Shown piece after piece: positions 17,035 to 26,794 of a stretch of 64,000 bases of DNA. A program made the translations under genes and the position numbers. Numbering within the stretch: position 1 is the stretch's first letter; every line of letters begins with the position of its first letter. Under the pieces are notes generated by a model that saw only the letters and a program-made list of their open reading frames with translations, made no database searches and was not told the DNA's origin. Source of the DNA: a virus; IMG/VR virus record IMGVR_UViG_3300009164_000039; one strand, 5' to 3'.

Positions 17035-20000
17035 TTAAACAGCCAATCGCTCAGCAATCACTTTCACAGTGTTGCCCGACGCTGTACCTGTGTAACGTAC
17101 TTCAATATTTGCGCCAACAACCAATGCTGTCACTGTGCCCAGTGCTGTGCCACTGGTGCTGATCAATCCGTATTGTGTGCGGTATGCAGTTGTGCCGTCG
17201 TGTACAACCAGTACCTCACTGGTTTCGTATGTGCTGCCATTTGTAACTTGAATTATGTATTTGGCAGAGCGATAAACTGCCTTGTCAAATGTGTCAATAG
17301 CCACTGCACTGGTGCTGACTGATACAGGGCTTGGTGTTGCGTTCCATGAACCATCTGTTCCAATCAGTACCTTGTACTGTCCTGCAGACACTGTGGAACC
17401 TGTAATTTGAACTCCACCGTTACTTGCAACCACTTCAACATAACCGTTTTGACTTGACAATCCAGAAATGCTTGATGTTGTGGCAAATGTACGAATGTCA
17501 ATCACATCGTCCACTGCCGGAGCTTCTGTGAATGTCAATGTCACGTTATCAACAACAGATACAGAGTAAGCCAAGGTTGGAGTTTGAACCACACCGTTCA
17601 GTGTTACCACCGTGGAGTTGGTTGTGCTTTCTCTGCTGAGTGTGTAAACAGTAGTTGCCCCATCGCCGTTGAACTGTTGATCAGTTACAACTGTGATACT
17701 TGAACCTTGTCCAGCAATCCAGCTGGTGCCGTTGTAGTATTCAATGTCGTTGCTGATAGTGTTGTAGCGGATCATACCTGCCACGTCACTGAAACCAACC
17801 AATCCTGGACGCTGTCCTGTGGTACCTATTGGCAACAGCATAGAGTCTGTTGAGTTGATTTGTAGTTTAGAACCTTGTACCAAGTTGGCTTGAACAGCAC
17901 TGTTACCAACCAACACTTGGTTGTAGGCAGCGCCAGTAAAGCCCCAAATCAATGTAGCATCATTTCCGCCACGTACATAAAAGTCTTTGCCTGCTGATTG
18001 CAAGTCGTTGACTCTCATGCCCAGGCCAACATTTAAGTTGCCACTGGTGCTGATACCACCGTTTACGTACAATGCACCTGTTGTGGTGTTAGTGCTGACT
18101 GTGGAATTGGCCACACGCACTTGACCGTAGAATTCTGAAATTTGATTAGCATCAACACGAAGTGCTAGAGTGCTTGCACCGTTGTCCTTCTTGGTCCAAA
18201 GCTGAGCTTGTCCACCAATACCACTTGCGGCTGCTGTAGTACCTTGGTTGACATAACGCCATGCACCAATCTCAGCATAGTTTGGTGTGCCACCTGTCCA
18301 GGCATACGCACCATAGATACCGTTGAAGTCACCGTCTTGTGTAACATCCGGTGCGCTTGCTGTGCCACGGCTAGTACTTACGGTCCATCCCTGTGCTTGT
18401 CCAAGAACGTTGGCGCTGATAGAAGAATTTTCTAAGTAGCTGTCACCTTGGTAGCGAATGTTCAGTGTGTCTGTGCCTTGACGCAACAAGTTGTTTTGTG
18501 AAGAGTGTCCTAGGCTCAATGCAACAGTAGCAAACGTATTGCTGGTTGTGCGCTGGAAGTTGTAGGCTTCGTTCTTTTGATCAACTGTGACGTTACCGCT
18601 TGGGCTGATAAACAATGCACTGTTGGCCAAGAATGCACTCAGCTTTAGGTCTTGTCCAACAGTCGCAGCAGTGAAGCTGGCTTGACGTGGTGTGGTGTTA
18701 CCAATATACACGTTGTCAACAGTGCTGGTGGACCCGCCTGGATTAACAGTCAATAACTGTGTGGGTTGGATCTGTACTGTGCCAGTTGGGTTCAAGTATG
18801 CAGTTTGTGTGGCCTGCAACACCGTGAATGTACCACTCTTAGGAGTAGTCTGACCAATAAACATGTTGTCCAAATTACCAGCAACTGTTACTGGGAATAC
18901 GTTGACCGAACCTGTACCACTTGGCTTTAATTCAATCTGTGCATTGACGCCGCTGGCTGTTACGTTGTTGTCAGTTACACTAGAATGGAAGTAGGACAAT
19001 GCGCCGGTGCCAATACCACCTTTAACAACCAATGCACCAGTGGTTTGTGAACCAGATGCTGTGGTGTTGCTTAACCATGCACTACCAAATTGTACGTTAC
19101 CGTATGTGCCAGAAACCACGCCGCCTGTTTCTGTAGCATTGTCAATGTACACAAAGTTCTGTGTGCTGTTCTGGAAGCCAAAGAATGACTGACGATCATT
19201 GCTGATGTAGTAGTGATTGCGAATACCAATGTCACGACTGTCATTGGTTGACAATGCTGCCAAGTTAGCAAATGTATGCAATTCTATGATTGAGTCATTG
19301 ACTGTGATGTTTTGTGCATTGACTGTTGTGGTTTGTCCAAGCACAGTCAAGTTGCCTGTAACTGTCAAGTTAGCGCCAACATACAAGTTGGCCGCAACAC
19401 CCATACCACCTGCAACTACAAATGCACCAGTTGCTGGAGATCCAGATTCAACTGTACTAACGATTGTGGTTTTGCCTGTGTTGTCAATTGTGATACGTGG
19501 GTTACCTTGACCGTCTGCAAACAACATGTTGTTGTTGCTTGTGGCAATGGTGTTACCGTCATGGCTACCAATGATAACATTGTAGTCACCGCTGGTTACC
19601 AAACTACCTGAATTGTAACCGAAGAATTGGTTTTGTAGACCAGTGCTTGCTAAGTTTAGACCAGCGTCTGCACCAATCACAGTTGTGTTTAGTCCTGGGC
19701 CAGCATAACCTGCTCGAGCACCGTATGCAGTAATGCTGGCTGCTGTGGCAGTGGTATTGAGTGCTTGATAACCAACCACAGTTGCGTTAGAACCAAATGT
19801 TCCTGTCTGGCCAATTAACTGACCAATTACAACACCGTTTGTGCCCAGTGCGCTGGTGGCTGTGTTGCCACTCATCACAATACTTGTTTGTGTGGCATCA
19901 AGTACCAGTCGCTTGCTTGCCAATCCCAGTGCGCCACCAACGTTTAGGTTGCCACCAATGCCTGCACCACCTTGCACTGTAAATGCGCCGGTGTTGGCTG

Positions 20001-21330
20001 TGGTGCTGTTGACTCCGCTTACTACAAATACGTTACCAGTTGCGTCAACACGAATACGTGGAGCACCTGCGCCGTCAGCAATCACCACTTGATTGCTCAG
20101 GGTGTTGATCACGTTACCGTCATAGCTACCAACAATAACGTTGTACTGTCCTGATGTTACTAGACTACCTGCGTTGTAGCCAACAAATGTGCTGTCTGAA
20201 CCTGTGGCCAAGTTACCTGCACTCTTACCAATGTAAGTTGCGTTGGCAGGAGTGGCAGCAGGGCCTGCGGCAGCACCAACCAATGTTGCGTTGATACCAA
20301 TGCTGGTTGTGCCTTGCATGGCACCCAGAGCAACAACGTTTGCGCTCAGTCCAGATTTAAGCTGATTCTTACCAATAACCACGTCGTTGGCTTTGCTACT
20401 TTGAATGTAAACTTGTCCACTTTCAAAGCTGGCTGCTGTACCAATGTTTAGGTTACCACCAATACCCATACCACCAGAACCGGCAATGATCATTGATCCA
20501 ACGTTGGCACTGGTTGAGTTGATGCCAATGGTAGATGTCACAGCGCCATTGCTAGCATGTACAACCAGACTGGCCAAGTTGTTTGGTTGTATATAAATGT
20601 CGTTGTTGGTACCACCATATGTGGCCAATTGGGCACCAAACACACCAGTACGTAAAGTCAACGCACCGTTGTTGCTGGTATCTGTTATCATCAATCCAGG
20701 ACGGGTGCTGGTTAATTGCGTAATCTGTAAAATTGGAACATTGCTACTGATGGCAACTTGTCCAGTGTTGGCACCAAATACAGTGGCTGTACCGCCAACC
20801 TGTACGTTTTGTGTAAAACTTGCTCCGCCTTTGACTTGCAATGCACCAGTACCAGTATCAACTGCTTCAACCACACTTGGGTTGGTTGCACTTGTACGAA
20901 TAACTGTGTTACCAACCACAACGTTGGCATAGGCTGTGCGGTTAATAGCACCTTGTGTGCTACCAGTTTCTGTGGTTAAAATACTTTCAAATGCGCCGTC
21001 TGCTTCGCGCCAGACCCACGCCGAGTTCAAGCTACCGTAATTGGTTGGGCTAATTGCCTGTAAGTCACGGTTGACCAGGATACCCACGTCATAACTTGGT
21101 GTACCTGTGTATCCATTGTTGAAAATAACCAATGGGTCATTAATGAATGTGTTGGTGCTGTTAACAGTGTATGTGTTACCAGTAACACTAAGGTTACCGA
21201 TAATACTGATATTACTGTTGAACGTAATATTTGGATTGAACTTGGTACCTACTAGGGTATAGTCCTTGATCTTCTGATACTCAATGGTATTGTCAGTGAT
21301 CTGATTATTTTTAATTCTGGTAACGGCCAT
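17035..21330 (-). CDS. long tail fibre-like virion protein
   Basis: 1431 aa. Six STxxxTGALxVxGG-type repeats, trimeric-adhesin-like GxNAG/GxxNVxIG repeats, an FNGDG..YTL..LNGVVQ..FTEAP module and a C-terminal IDTF...YRSAKY domain. CTAAATA at 21376-21370. Confidence 0.75.
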   Translation of the reverse strand: MAVTRIKNNQITDNTIEYQKIKDYTLVGTKFNPNITFNSNISIIGNLSVTGNTYTVNSTNTFINDPLVIFNNGYTGTPSYDVGILVNRDLQAISPTNYGSLNSAWVWREADGAFESILTTETGSTQGAINRTAYANVVVGNTVIRTSATNPSVVEAVDTGTGALQVKGGASFTQNVQVGGTATVFGANTGQVAISSNVPILQITQLTSTRPGLMITDTSNNGALTLRTGVFGAQLATYGGTNNDIYIQPNNLASLVVHASNGAVTSTIGINSTSANVGSMIIAGSGGMGIGGNLNIGTAASFESGQVYIQSSKANDVVIGKNQLKSGLSANVVALGAMQGTTSIGINATLVGAAAGPAATPANATYIGKSAGNLATGSDSTFVGYNAGSLVTSGQYNVIVGSYDGNVINTLSNQVVIADGAGAPRIRVDATGNVFVVSGVNSTTANTGAFTVQGGAGIGGNLNVGGALGLASKRLVLDATQTSIVMSGNTATSALGTNGVVIGQLIGQTGTFGSNATVVGYQALNTTATAASITAYGARAGYAGPGLNTTVIGADAGLNLASTGLQNQFFGYNSGSLVTSGDYNVIIGSHDGNTIATSNNNMLFADGQGNPRITIDNTGKTTIVSTVESGSPATGAFVVAGGMGVAANLYVGANLTVTGNLTVLGQTTTVNAQNITVNDSIIELHTFANLAALSTNDSRDIGIRNHYYISNDRQSFFGFQNSTQNFVYIDNATETGGVVSGTYGNVQFGSAWLSNTTASGSQTTGALVVKGGIGTGALSYFHSSVTDNNVTASGVNAQIELKPSGTGSVNVFPVTVAGNLDNMFIGQTTPKSGTFTVLQATQTAYLNPTGTVQIQPTQLLTVNPGGSTSTVDNVYIGNTTPRQASFTAATVGQDLKLSAFLANSALFISPSGNVTVDQKNEAYNFQRTTSNTFATVALSLGHSSQNNLLRQGTDTLNIRYQGDSYLENSSISANVLGQAQGWTVSTSRGTASAPDVTQDGDFNGIYGAYAWTGGTPNYAEIGAWRYVNQGTTAAASGIGGQAQLWTKKDNGASTLALRVDANQISEFYGQVRVANSTVSTNTTTGALYVNGGISTSGNLNVGLGMRVNDLQSAGKDFYVRGGNDATLIWGFTGAAYNQVLVGNSAVQANLVQGSKLQINSTDSMLLPIGTTGQRPGLVGFSDVAGMIRYNTISNDIEYYNGTSWIAGQGSSITVVTDQQFNGDGATTVYTLSRESTTNSTVVTLNGVVQTPTLAYSVSVVDNVTLTFTEAPAVDDVIDIRTFATTSSISGLSSQNGYVEVVASNGGVQITGSTVSAGQYKVLIGTDGSWNATPSPVSVSTSAVAIDTFDKAVYRSAKYIIQVTNGSTYETSEVLVVHDGTTAYRTQYGLISTSGTALGTVTALVVGANIEVRYTGTASGNTVKVIAERLAV

Positions 21331-21434
21331 GTTGTGTAAGCTCCTAAGCGAAGTGAGAGTCGTTTAAGCTATTTAGCGTTTTGGGCGCAAAGGTTGCCCG
21401 TGTGGGGTATTTGAATCTATTGTGCTTTTACTGC

Positions 21435-24299
21435 TTAGAGGTCAGTAAAATAAGTGCGTTCTAGCTTGACTACAGCGTCAATCACTGATGTTGTAGCATA
21501 CAATCGAACCACGCCCAGAGCATCAATGCCCGCTGTGAATGTGGCAATTGAACTGCCTAGCACTGTAGATCCTGTCTGCTGAAGATTGGCTGTGGTTCCG
21601 TTGTGAATCAACAGTAGATCTGTTGTTTGATATGCAGTGGATCCTGCACTCTTGCACAGCACAGTGTATTTGGCACTGCGGTATGCTGTGACATAAAAGC
21701 TGTCAATTTCCAGTGTGCCTGTTTGAGACAGTGTGTATTCTTGTGTGACACCAGTCTGTATACCCAGATACATTTTTGTACCGTCTGGTTTGAAGTCCAT
21801 GGTACGCAGAGTATTGGTTGGTGCCAACGAGTTAAATGTCCATCCCGAATAACTAGCTGTGTTCACTTGCCAGGCAGTGCTTAGATCGTACCTGGTTACT
21901 TTACCATTGATACCACCAGCAACAAACATCTGTGTGCCAGCGGTATTAAAGTAAACATCTTGTGGACTGGTGTCTTGAACGCTGACTGACACGTTGCCCA
22001 CTGCCACTGCGGTGTTCACTCGCCAAGGTGTAGACAAATTGTATTGGAAAATTTTAACGTTGGCTGATCCAACCATGTACATGCTGGTACCATCTGTTTT
22101 GAAACGAATGTTTCTTGGCTGTGCATCCTGCGGAGTTATCAATAGGTTGCCACCTGTAAGTAACATGCCAGTAAACTGATAGGCTGCGGTGGTACTGTAC
22201 TCGTACACTCTGCCACTGGTGTTGCCCACTGTGTAGTATCGGGTGCCACCGGTGTTTGACTCAAATCCTTGTGGACCGTATGTTTCTGTAAAATATGTGC
22301 TGGGCAAAAAGTTTTGCCCGCCATAAACAAAAGTGTTGGCCTGGTAAGCGGTGCTCAGTGTGAATCTATACATTGTGGTACCGGAGTTTTGGTACAACAC
22401 GTTGCCCACGGAATTCAATCTGCTGGTTCTGTGACTGGTACCTGCAGGAGTTACTGCTGTCATTGATGCAACTGCGGCGTTGATGTTAAACGGAATAGGG
22501 TCTAGGTCGTTGTACAACTGTGTGACCACAGTTGGCGCTGAACTAATACTTAGACTGCCTGTTAGATAACGAATTTCAACAATGTCGGTTGTAAGCGGTG
22601 CTTCTGCAAATGTTATTGTGGTTCCAACCACAGTGTAGCCGGCACCTGCTTGGCTGATCACACCGTTGATGTTGACCAAAATGCCATCTTCGCTGGCACT
22701 GTAAGTCAGTGTATATGCTTGAGTAACACCGTCTGGATAGATAATCTGTTTACGGATGATGGGTGTGGTTGATGTCCAGTCTCCGTTGTAGAACTCAATT
22801 CCGTTGATATCGGTGTTGTATCTCAAATCACCCAGGTCTGGAATTACTGGACGAAGTCCAGTGCCGCCAATTGGCAAGGTCACTGCTGAGTTGCCACCAA
22901 AGAATATTCTTTCACCAGCCCCCGGAATCATTTCCAATGGCCCAGCCAAGGCAGTTAGTCGGCTTCCGTAAATTTCAATATCTTCTAGTCTTGCAGTCTG
23001 CCCGTCAAAGCTGGCTTGCAGTACATTGTTAACGTAGATTTTAACGTTGGCTGTTCCGTAGCTGTCGTCACGAACTGCCACGTTTGATCCGCCTTGAGCA
23101 ATGGTGTCTGTAATAAATCCAGCACTAAAACTGTCCACATAGTCTTTGGTTGCCGCATCAGCACCAGCAGTGGGTGTGCCTAGGTTTGTGATTTTCTTAA
23201 AGCTGACTGACACTGCGCCTGAACCCAATGGTGCTAGCACAATGTCTTGGTTGGTAGCACGGCCACTTATGGTAGAAACAGAGAATGTCAAGTTACCAAG
23301 CACACTGGTTCCGTTGCTGGCAAATGTTGTGCCATCGTAATAAAATGCCGGATTGCTTTGTACTTGATTGTTACTTGCAGTGTACAGCACACGGCTTCCG
23401 GGTACAGTAGTAATGCCTAATTCAGTCACACGCAGACTGCTGTTGGTATCAAAGTACACCATGCCTGGACTGCCAACTATGAACGAAGGACTTGAGGTAT
23501 TGGCATACAGTACTTGCGTACCAACCAGTGTGGTTAGTGTGATATTGTTGGCGCCAATGATTTCGTAAGACAATGCGCCACTGGTTTGAATATTACCAAC
23601 ATACAATGTGTTGTTGGCATTGAAATATAACAAGTCTGGATCGTCGGCTAGTATACCAGAGTTACTGTAGACAATACGATTGTTTGATAGTGTTTGTACT
23701 TTGACGTTGGCTAGGTTGGCCAATGCTGTGGAGTTAACTGTAGTAAACCTACCAGTTGACGGTGTGGTGGTACCAATGTCAGTTGCATTGATATTGCCTT
23801 TGAGCACGTTGACATTGCTGATTAATGTTCTACCACCAGTAGTAATATCAACATTGTTGATTACAGTGATGTTGGCACTGGTGCCACTGGTAACTGTAAC
23901 CAACCCAGCAGAGTTTATATTTTGTGCGGCTGTGGCTAACGTGATAGTACCAGTAGACGTCAGCGTTTGATTGCCGCCGGATTGCATGTCAATGTTGTCA
24001 CGCACACGAATGTTGGCACCAAAGCCAGCAGTGAGCTTCAAACTTTCGCCTGCGGCTAGTATTAAACTTTTGTTGTTCTGTTGTGTGGAAATTGTATTAG
24101 CAGTGACAACAACATTGCCTGCTGATATGTTTCCGTAGATTGTGAGAGTTTCAGTAAGGACGGACGTGTTGATTCCCATCTTGAAATTACTAAAATCAAG
24201 ATAGGCCAGTGTATTACTGTTTGTGGTAAAATTTAAGTCAATGCCTTGTCGGTCTAGTTCCGACAATAACATTGGCCCTGCCACACGACCAATTGCCAT
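21435..24299 (-). CDS. virion structural / fibre protein with beta-propeller-like insert
   Basis: 954 aa. Shares the DG..YTL...NGV...FAEAP and IDSF...YRSAKY modules with the 1431-aa protein; YxLSTxWxVNTA and FKxDGTxMY repeats. Confidence 0.7.
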   Translation of the reverse strand: MAIGRVAGPMLLSELDRQGIDLNFTTNSNTLAYLDFSNFKMGINTSVLTETLTIYGNISAGNVVVTANTISTQQNNKSLILAAGESLKLTAGFGANIRVRDNIDMQSGGNQTLTSTGTITLATAAQNINSAGLVTVTSGTSANITVINNVDITTGGRTLISNVNVLKGNINATDIGTTTPSTGRFTTVNSTALANLANVKVQTLSNNRIVYSNSGILADDPDLLYFNANNTLYVGNIQTSGALSYEIIGANNITLTTLVGTQVLYANTSSPSFIVGSPGMVYFDTNSSLRVTELGITTVPGSRVLYTASNNQVQSNPAFYYDGTTFASNGTSVLGNLTFSVSTISGRATNQDIVLAPLGSGAVSVSFKKITNLGTPTAGADAATKDYVDSFSAGFITDTIAQGGSNVAVRDDSYGTANVKIYVNNVLQASFDGQTARLEDIEIYGSRLTALAGPLEMIPGAGERIFFGGNSAVTLPIGGTGLRPVIPDLGDLRYNTDINGIEFYNGDWTSTTPIIRKQIIYPDGVTQAYTLTYSASEDGILVNINGVISQAGAGYTVVGTTITFAEAPLTTDIVEIRYLTGSLSISSAPTVVTQLYNDLDPIPFNINAAVASMTAVTPAGTSHRTSRLNSVGNVLYQNSGTTMYRFTLSTAYQANTFVYGGQNFLPSTYFTETYGPQGFESNTGGTRYYTVGNTSGRVYEYSTTAAYQFTGMLLTGGNLLITPQDAQPRNIRFKTDGTSMYMVGSANVKIFQYNLSTPWRVNTAVAVGNVSVSVQDTSPQDVYFNTAGTQMFVAGGINGKVTRYDLSTAWQVNTASYSGWTFNSLAPTNTLRTMDFKPDGTKMYLGIQTGVTQEYTLSQTGTLEIDSFYVTAYRSAKYTVLCKSAGSTAYQTTDLLLIHNGTTANLQQTGSTVLGSSIATFTAGIDALGVVRLYATTSVIDAVVKLERTYFTDL

Positions 24300-24320
24300 C
24301 CGCCACTCCTATGCTGTTTG

Positions 24321-24328
24321 TATTTATA
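24321..24328 (-). promoter_or_regulatory. late promoter TATAAATA
   Basis: Exact T4 late consensus 21 nt upstream of the ATG at 24299; AGGAG RBS follows. Confidence 0.85.
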
Positions 24329-24334
24329 GAGCGG

Positions 24335-24757
24335 TTAGGCCGCTTGTGTACTAGCGAAGTTATGCAGAATAACCACAGCTTGTCCAAACGGTGGTGGGCT
24401 TGTGAATGTTGCAGTTGTTGTGCCGCCAAAAGTGTAGTTTACTCCTGGGTTTTGAAAAACTCCGCCAATAAACACCAGGGCTTGTGACTCCTGCCCTGAG
24501 TTATAACTATATGTCATTGTGAATCCAGTGGTGGCACCATCACCAGTGAATGCATCTTTAAGAATGGTACTGTTACCTGCCACTGCCAGTTGTTTCCACC
24601 CACCGCCAAAATAGGCCTGCATGTTGGCGGTGGTAGCATTGTAACGGAACTGTCCATTAACAGGACCTTCAGGACCCAGTGAACTAGTGCCGTTGGGAAT
24701 TATAACACTGTAACTACCAGTTGGTTGTAGTGTAAAGTTCTTTACAAATCTTCCCAT
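24335..24757 (-). CDS. small virion protein (FTGDG/QNPG module)
   Basis: 140 aa. GQFRYNAT plus DAFTGDGATTGF...VFIGGVFQNPG modules, also seen in the large fibres. Confidence 0.65.
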   Translation of the reverse strand: MGRFVKNFTLQPTGSYSVIIPNGTSSLGPEGPVNGQFRYNATTANMQAYFGGGWKQLAVAGNSTILKDAFTGDGATTGFTMTYSYNSGQESQALVFIGGVFQNPGVNYTFGGTTTATFTSPPPFGQAVVILHNFASTQAA

Positions 24758-24758
24758 G

Positions 24759-25085
24759 TTAGATGCTCGTAAAACTAATGGTTGCTAGTACTGAACTTGC
24801 AATGCTGGCATTGGCACGCAAGTGGTCGCCTTGCCCAAGCAATAAACGTTCCGAATCAATGACGTAAGTATCATTGCCAGCAACTTGTAAATTACTATAA
24901 AGCATGTTACGAGAAGGGTTTGCTACGTTTGCACCACCTGCCACGCAAAATAGATTGATGGTCACTGGCACATTTGTTGCATTGCATAGATATATGGTTG
25001 TTACTGCGGTGTTACCGGCACTGGCGTACACGTTAGCTGCCGCAGTGCCTCCCAGCGTAGTAATAATTGAATTTATAATTGCCAT
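24759..25085 (-). CDS. small virion structural protein
   Basis: 108-aa beta-rich ORF packed 1 nt from its neighbour; AAGGA RBS. Confidence 0.6.
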   Translation of the reverse strand: MAIINSIITTLGGTAAANVYASAGNTAVTTIYLCNATNVPVTINLFCVAGGANVANPSRNMLYSNLQVAGNDTYVIDSERLLLGQGDHLRANASIASSVLATISFTSI

Positions 25086-25094
25086 GCTTTTTCC

Positions 25095-25736
25095 TTAAAA
25101 GATCAAGGAAAAGACAATGGCTTTTCCTTTGGTTACTAGTTCATCCTGCCCCACTGTGGGATTGATCACATACAGGCCAGAGCCACCGGTCGCTACAGTA
25201 CCGGCAGATATATAGGTGTTTCCTGCTTCTGAAGCAGGAAAATTTGTTTGATTTTGAAGCTTTACGTTACCATAAACAACAAAATGCAATGCTGGGTCAA
25301 CTTGTATTGTAGTGTTACTGGTTAGCCAGTTTGACCCAGTCACTAGGTTTGCGCTCAAAGACGGAGCAGTGTCTTCACTTAGTTTAGTAAAACCTGTTGT
25401 GGTTGCTACCAACGTTACGTATGTGGATCCATCATAGGTCACTTGCCAATTATCAATGGTTTCGTTGAAACGAAGTTGTACATTGGGTAGTGATCCGCGA
25501 GCTACTTCAATACCGGCAAATCCTGTGCCACCACCCACACCAGCCCCAGTCTCACCACTGTTGATCTGGATGATGTTGTCTGCAACCACTGAGTTCTGTG
25601 TGGACACTGTGGTTGTGTTGCCTTTAATCTGCACGTTACCGTTTAGGATGATAATGCTAGAATCCAGAATAATAGGATCGGTGCGATTAACACTGTAAAT
25701 GGTATATGCGCTGGCTATGTTCTTTTGTATGCTCAT
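25095..25736 (-). CDS. fibre-like virion protein
   Basis: 213 aa. GNTTTVSTQN..VADNII..GIEVARG module shared with the large fibres; GATAAATA at 25767-25760. Confidence 0.65.
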   Translation of the reverse strand: MSIQKNIASAYTIYSVNRTDPIILDSSIIILNGNVQIKGNTTTVSTQNSVVADNIIQINSGETGAGVGGGTGFAGIEVARGSLPNVQLRFNETIDNWQVTYDGSTYVTLVATTTGFTKLSEDTAPSLSANLVTGSNWLTSNTTIQVDPALHFVVYGNVKLQNQTNFPASEAGNTYISAGTVATGGSGLYVINPTVGQDELVTKGKAIVFSLIF

Positions 25737-25785
25737 GGCTTCTCAATACTTGTATGCTTTATTTATCCGGAGCAGGCGCCAAAAT

Positions 25786-25810
25786 AAAAAGAGGGCCGAA
25801 GCCCTCTTTT
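25786..25810 (-). terminator. intrinsic terminator
   Basis: AAAAGAGGGC-TTCG-GCCCTCTTTTT on the minus strand. Confidence 0.9.
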
Positions 25811-25830
25811 GTTGTAACTATCCAAGTGGA

Positions 25831-26574
25831 TTAGTTAGTTGCTAGTGTAACTGTACCAATATCAGTTGCAGTTGGTGCAGATGCTGCCAGTGCAAAACTG
25901 TTGGTTGCTGGATCAGTCCATTTTGCTTGTGCGCCAGTGGTATAATCAAAGCCGGTGCCGCCATCATTCTGTTGCTCAAGAGTGACCAGTGTGCCATTTA
26001 GCTTGGTCACATAGTATGTGCTAGCTTGGCTGTCTGTTGCAATGATAGTCATTTTGCCAGCTGTTGCCGCAGTGTTTGCCAGTGCGCAAACACCAGTGCC
26101 TTGTGCAGTAACAACTCTGTAACGACGAGTACCTTTTTGTGCCACAATGTCAGCAGCCACTCCACTGGAGCCGCCGTTGGCCACAGGAATAAATGCAGTC
26201 ACTGCCATTACGTTGGTTACTGCGGCTGTCAAGCCACCACCAGTGATTGTGCCAACTGCTGGAGTTGTGTTTGCACCAGTGAATGTCAGTGTTGGTTTGG
26301 TTGTGTAGCCAGTACCTGCACTGGTCAATCCAACGCCATTCACAGCGCCGTTTGCAAATAAAATAACAGTACCAGTGGCTGCTACACCTGTTGGCAGTTG
26401 TGGTGCACTGAATGTTACCACTGCATTGGCAGAAAAGTAGCCAAGGCCACGATTGCTGAATGTAACTGCAACGTTACTGTTAGTAGAGGTTACACCCTCA
26501 CCACCAATTAACACGCGACCGTCTGCTGTGTTGTCTACCGGGTTGAAAAATTTTGCCTTAATAGGACGTCCCAT
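25831..26574 (-). CDS. virion structural / decoration protein with GxGY repeats
   Basis: True start MGRPIKAKFF at 26574 (AAGGAG RBS). NRGLGYFSA and SAGTGYTTKPTLTF repeats; own late promoter and terminator. Confidence 0.7.
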   Translation of the reverse strand: MGRPIKAKFFNPVDNTADGRVLIGGEGVTSTNSNVAVTFSNRGLGYFSANAVVTFSAPQLPTGVAATGTVILFANGAVNGVGLTSAGTGYTTKPTLTFTGANTTPAVGTITGGGLTAAVTNVMAVTAFIPVANGGSSGVAADIVAQKGTRRYRVVTAQGTGVCALANTAATAGKMTIIATDSQASTYYVTKLNGTLVTLEQQNDGGTGFDYTTGAQAKWTDPATNSFALAASAPTATDIGTVTLATN

Positions 26575-26654
26575 TTGTTTCTCCTTAATGTGTTGGCGTT
26601 CTGGGCCTACGCGGTGGGGACCGCATAAGTTCTCACTTCTGAGATGAACAAACT

Positions 26655-26662
26655 TATTTATC
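26655..26662 (-). promoter_or_regulatory. late promoter GATAAATA with an 80-nt structured leader
   Basis: NTAAATA motif; three hairpins lie between it and the RBS. Confidence 0.7.
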
Positions 26663-26669
26663 ATAAAGT

Positions 26670-26698
26670 TTGCTATTGCTCACTGCCTGCTGTATACT
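26670..26698 (+). promoter_or_regulatory. sigma70 promoter of the candidate sRNA
   Basis: TTGCTA (26670-26675), 17 bp, TATACT (26693-26698). Confidence 0.7.
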
Positions 26699-26704
26699 AC
26701 GTAT

Positions 26705-26778
26705 AACGCTAGTCAGACAGCGTTCACCTAGAGAGTGCGTGGTAGCCCGGGTAAGAAATTGCCCGGGCTATTTCTTTA
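26705..26778 (+). ncRNA. candidate ~75-nt small RNA
   Basis: Own promoter; 5' hairpin AACGCT/AGCGTT; 12-bp stem with one G-U pair and a GAAA tetraloop (26743-26770), followed by TTTCTTT. Confidence 0.5.
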
Positions 26779-26787
26779 CTGTATAAT
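26759..26787 (+). promoter_or_regulatory. sigma70 promoter for the methyltransferase
   Basis: TTGCCC (26759-26764), 17 bp, TATAAT (26782-26787); ATG 7 nt later. Confidence 0.7.
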
Positions 26788-26794
26788 TATTAAC

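Noticed and set aside
26735-26794. N-terminal extension of the methyltransferase from GTG 26735
   Set aside because: It runs through a terminator hairpin and lies upstream of the gene's own promoter.
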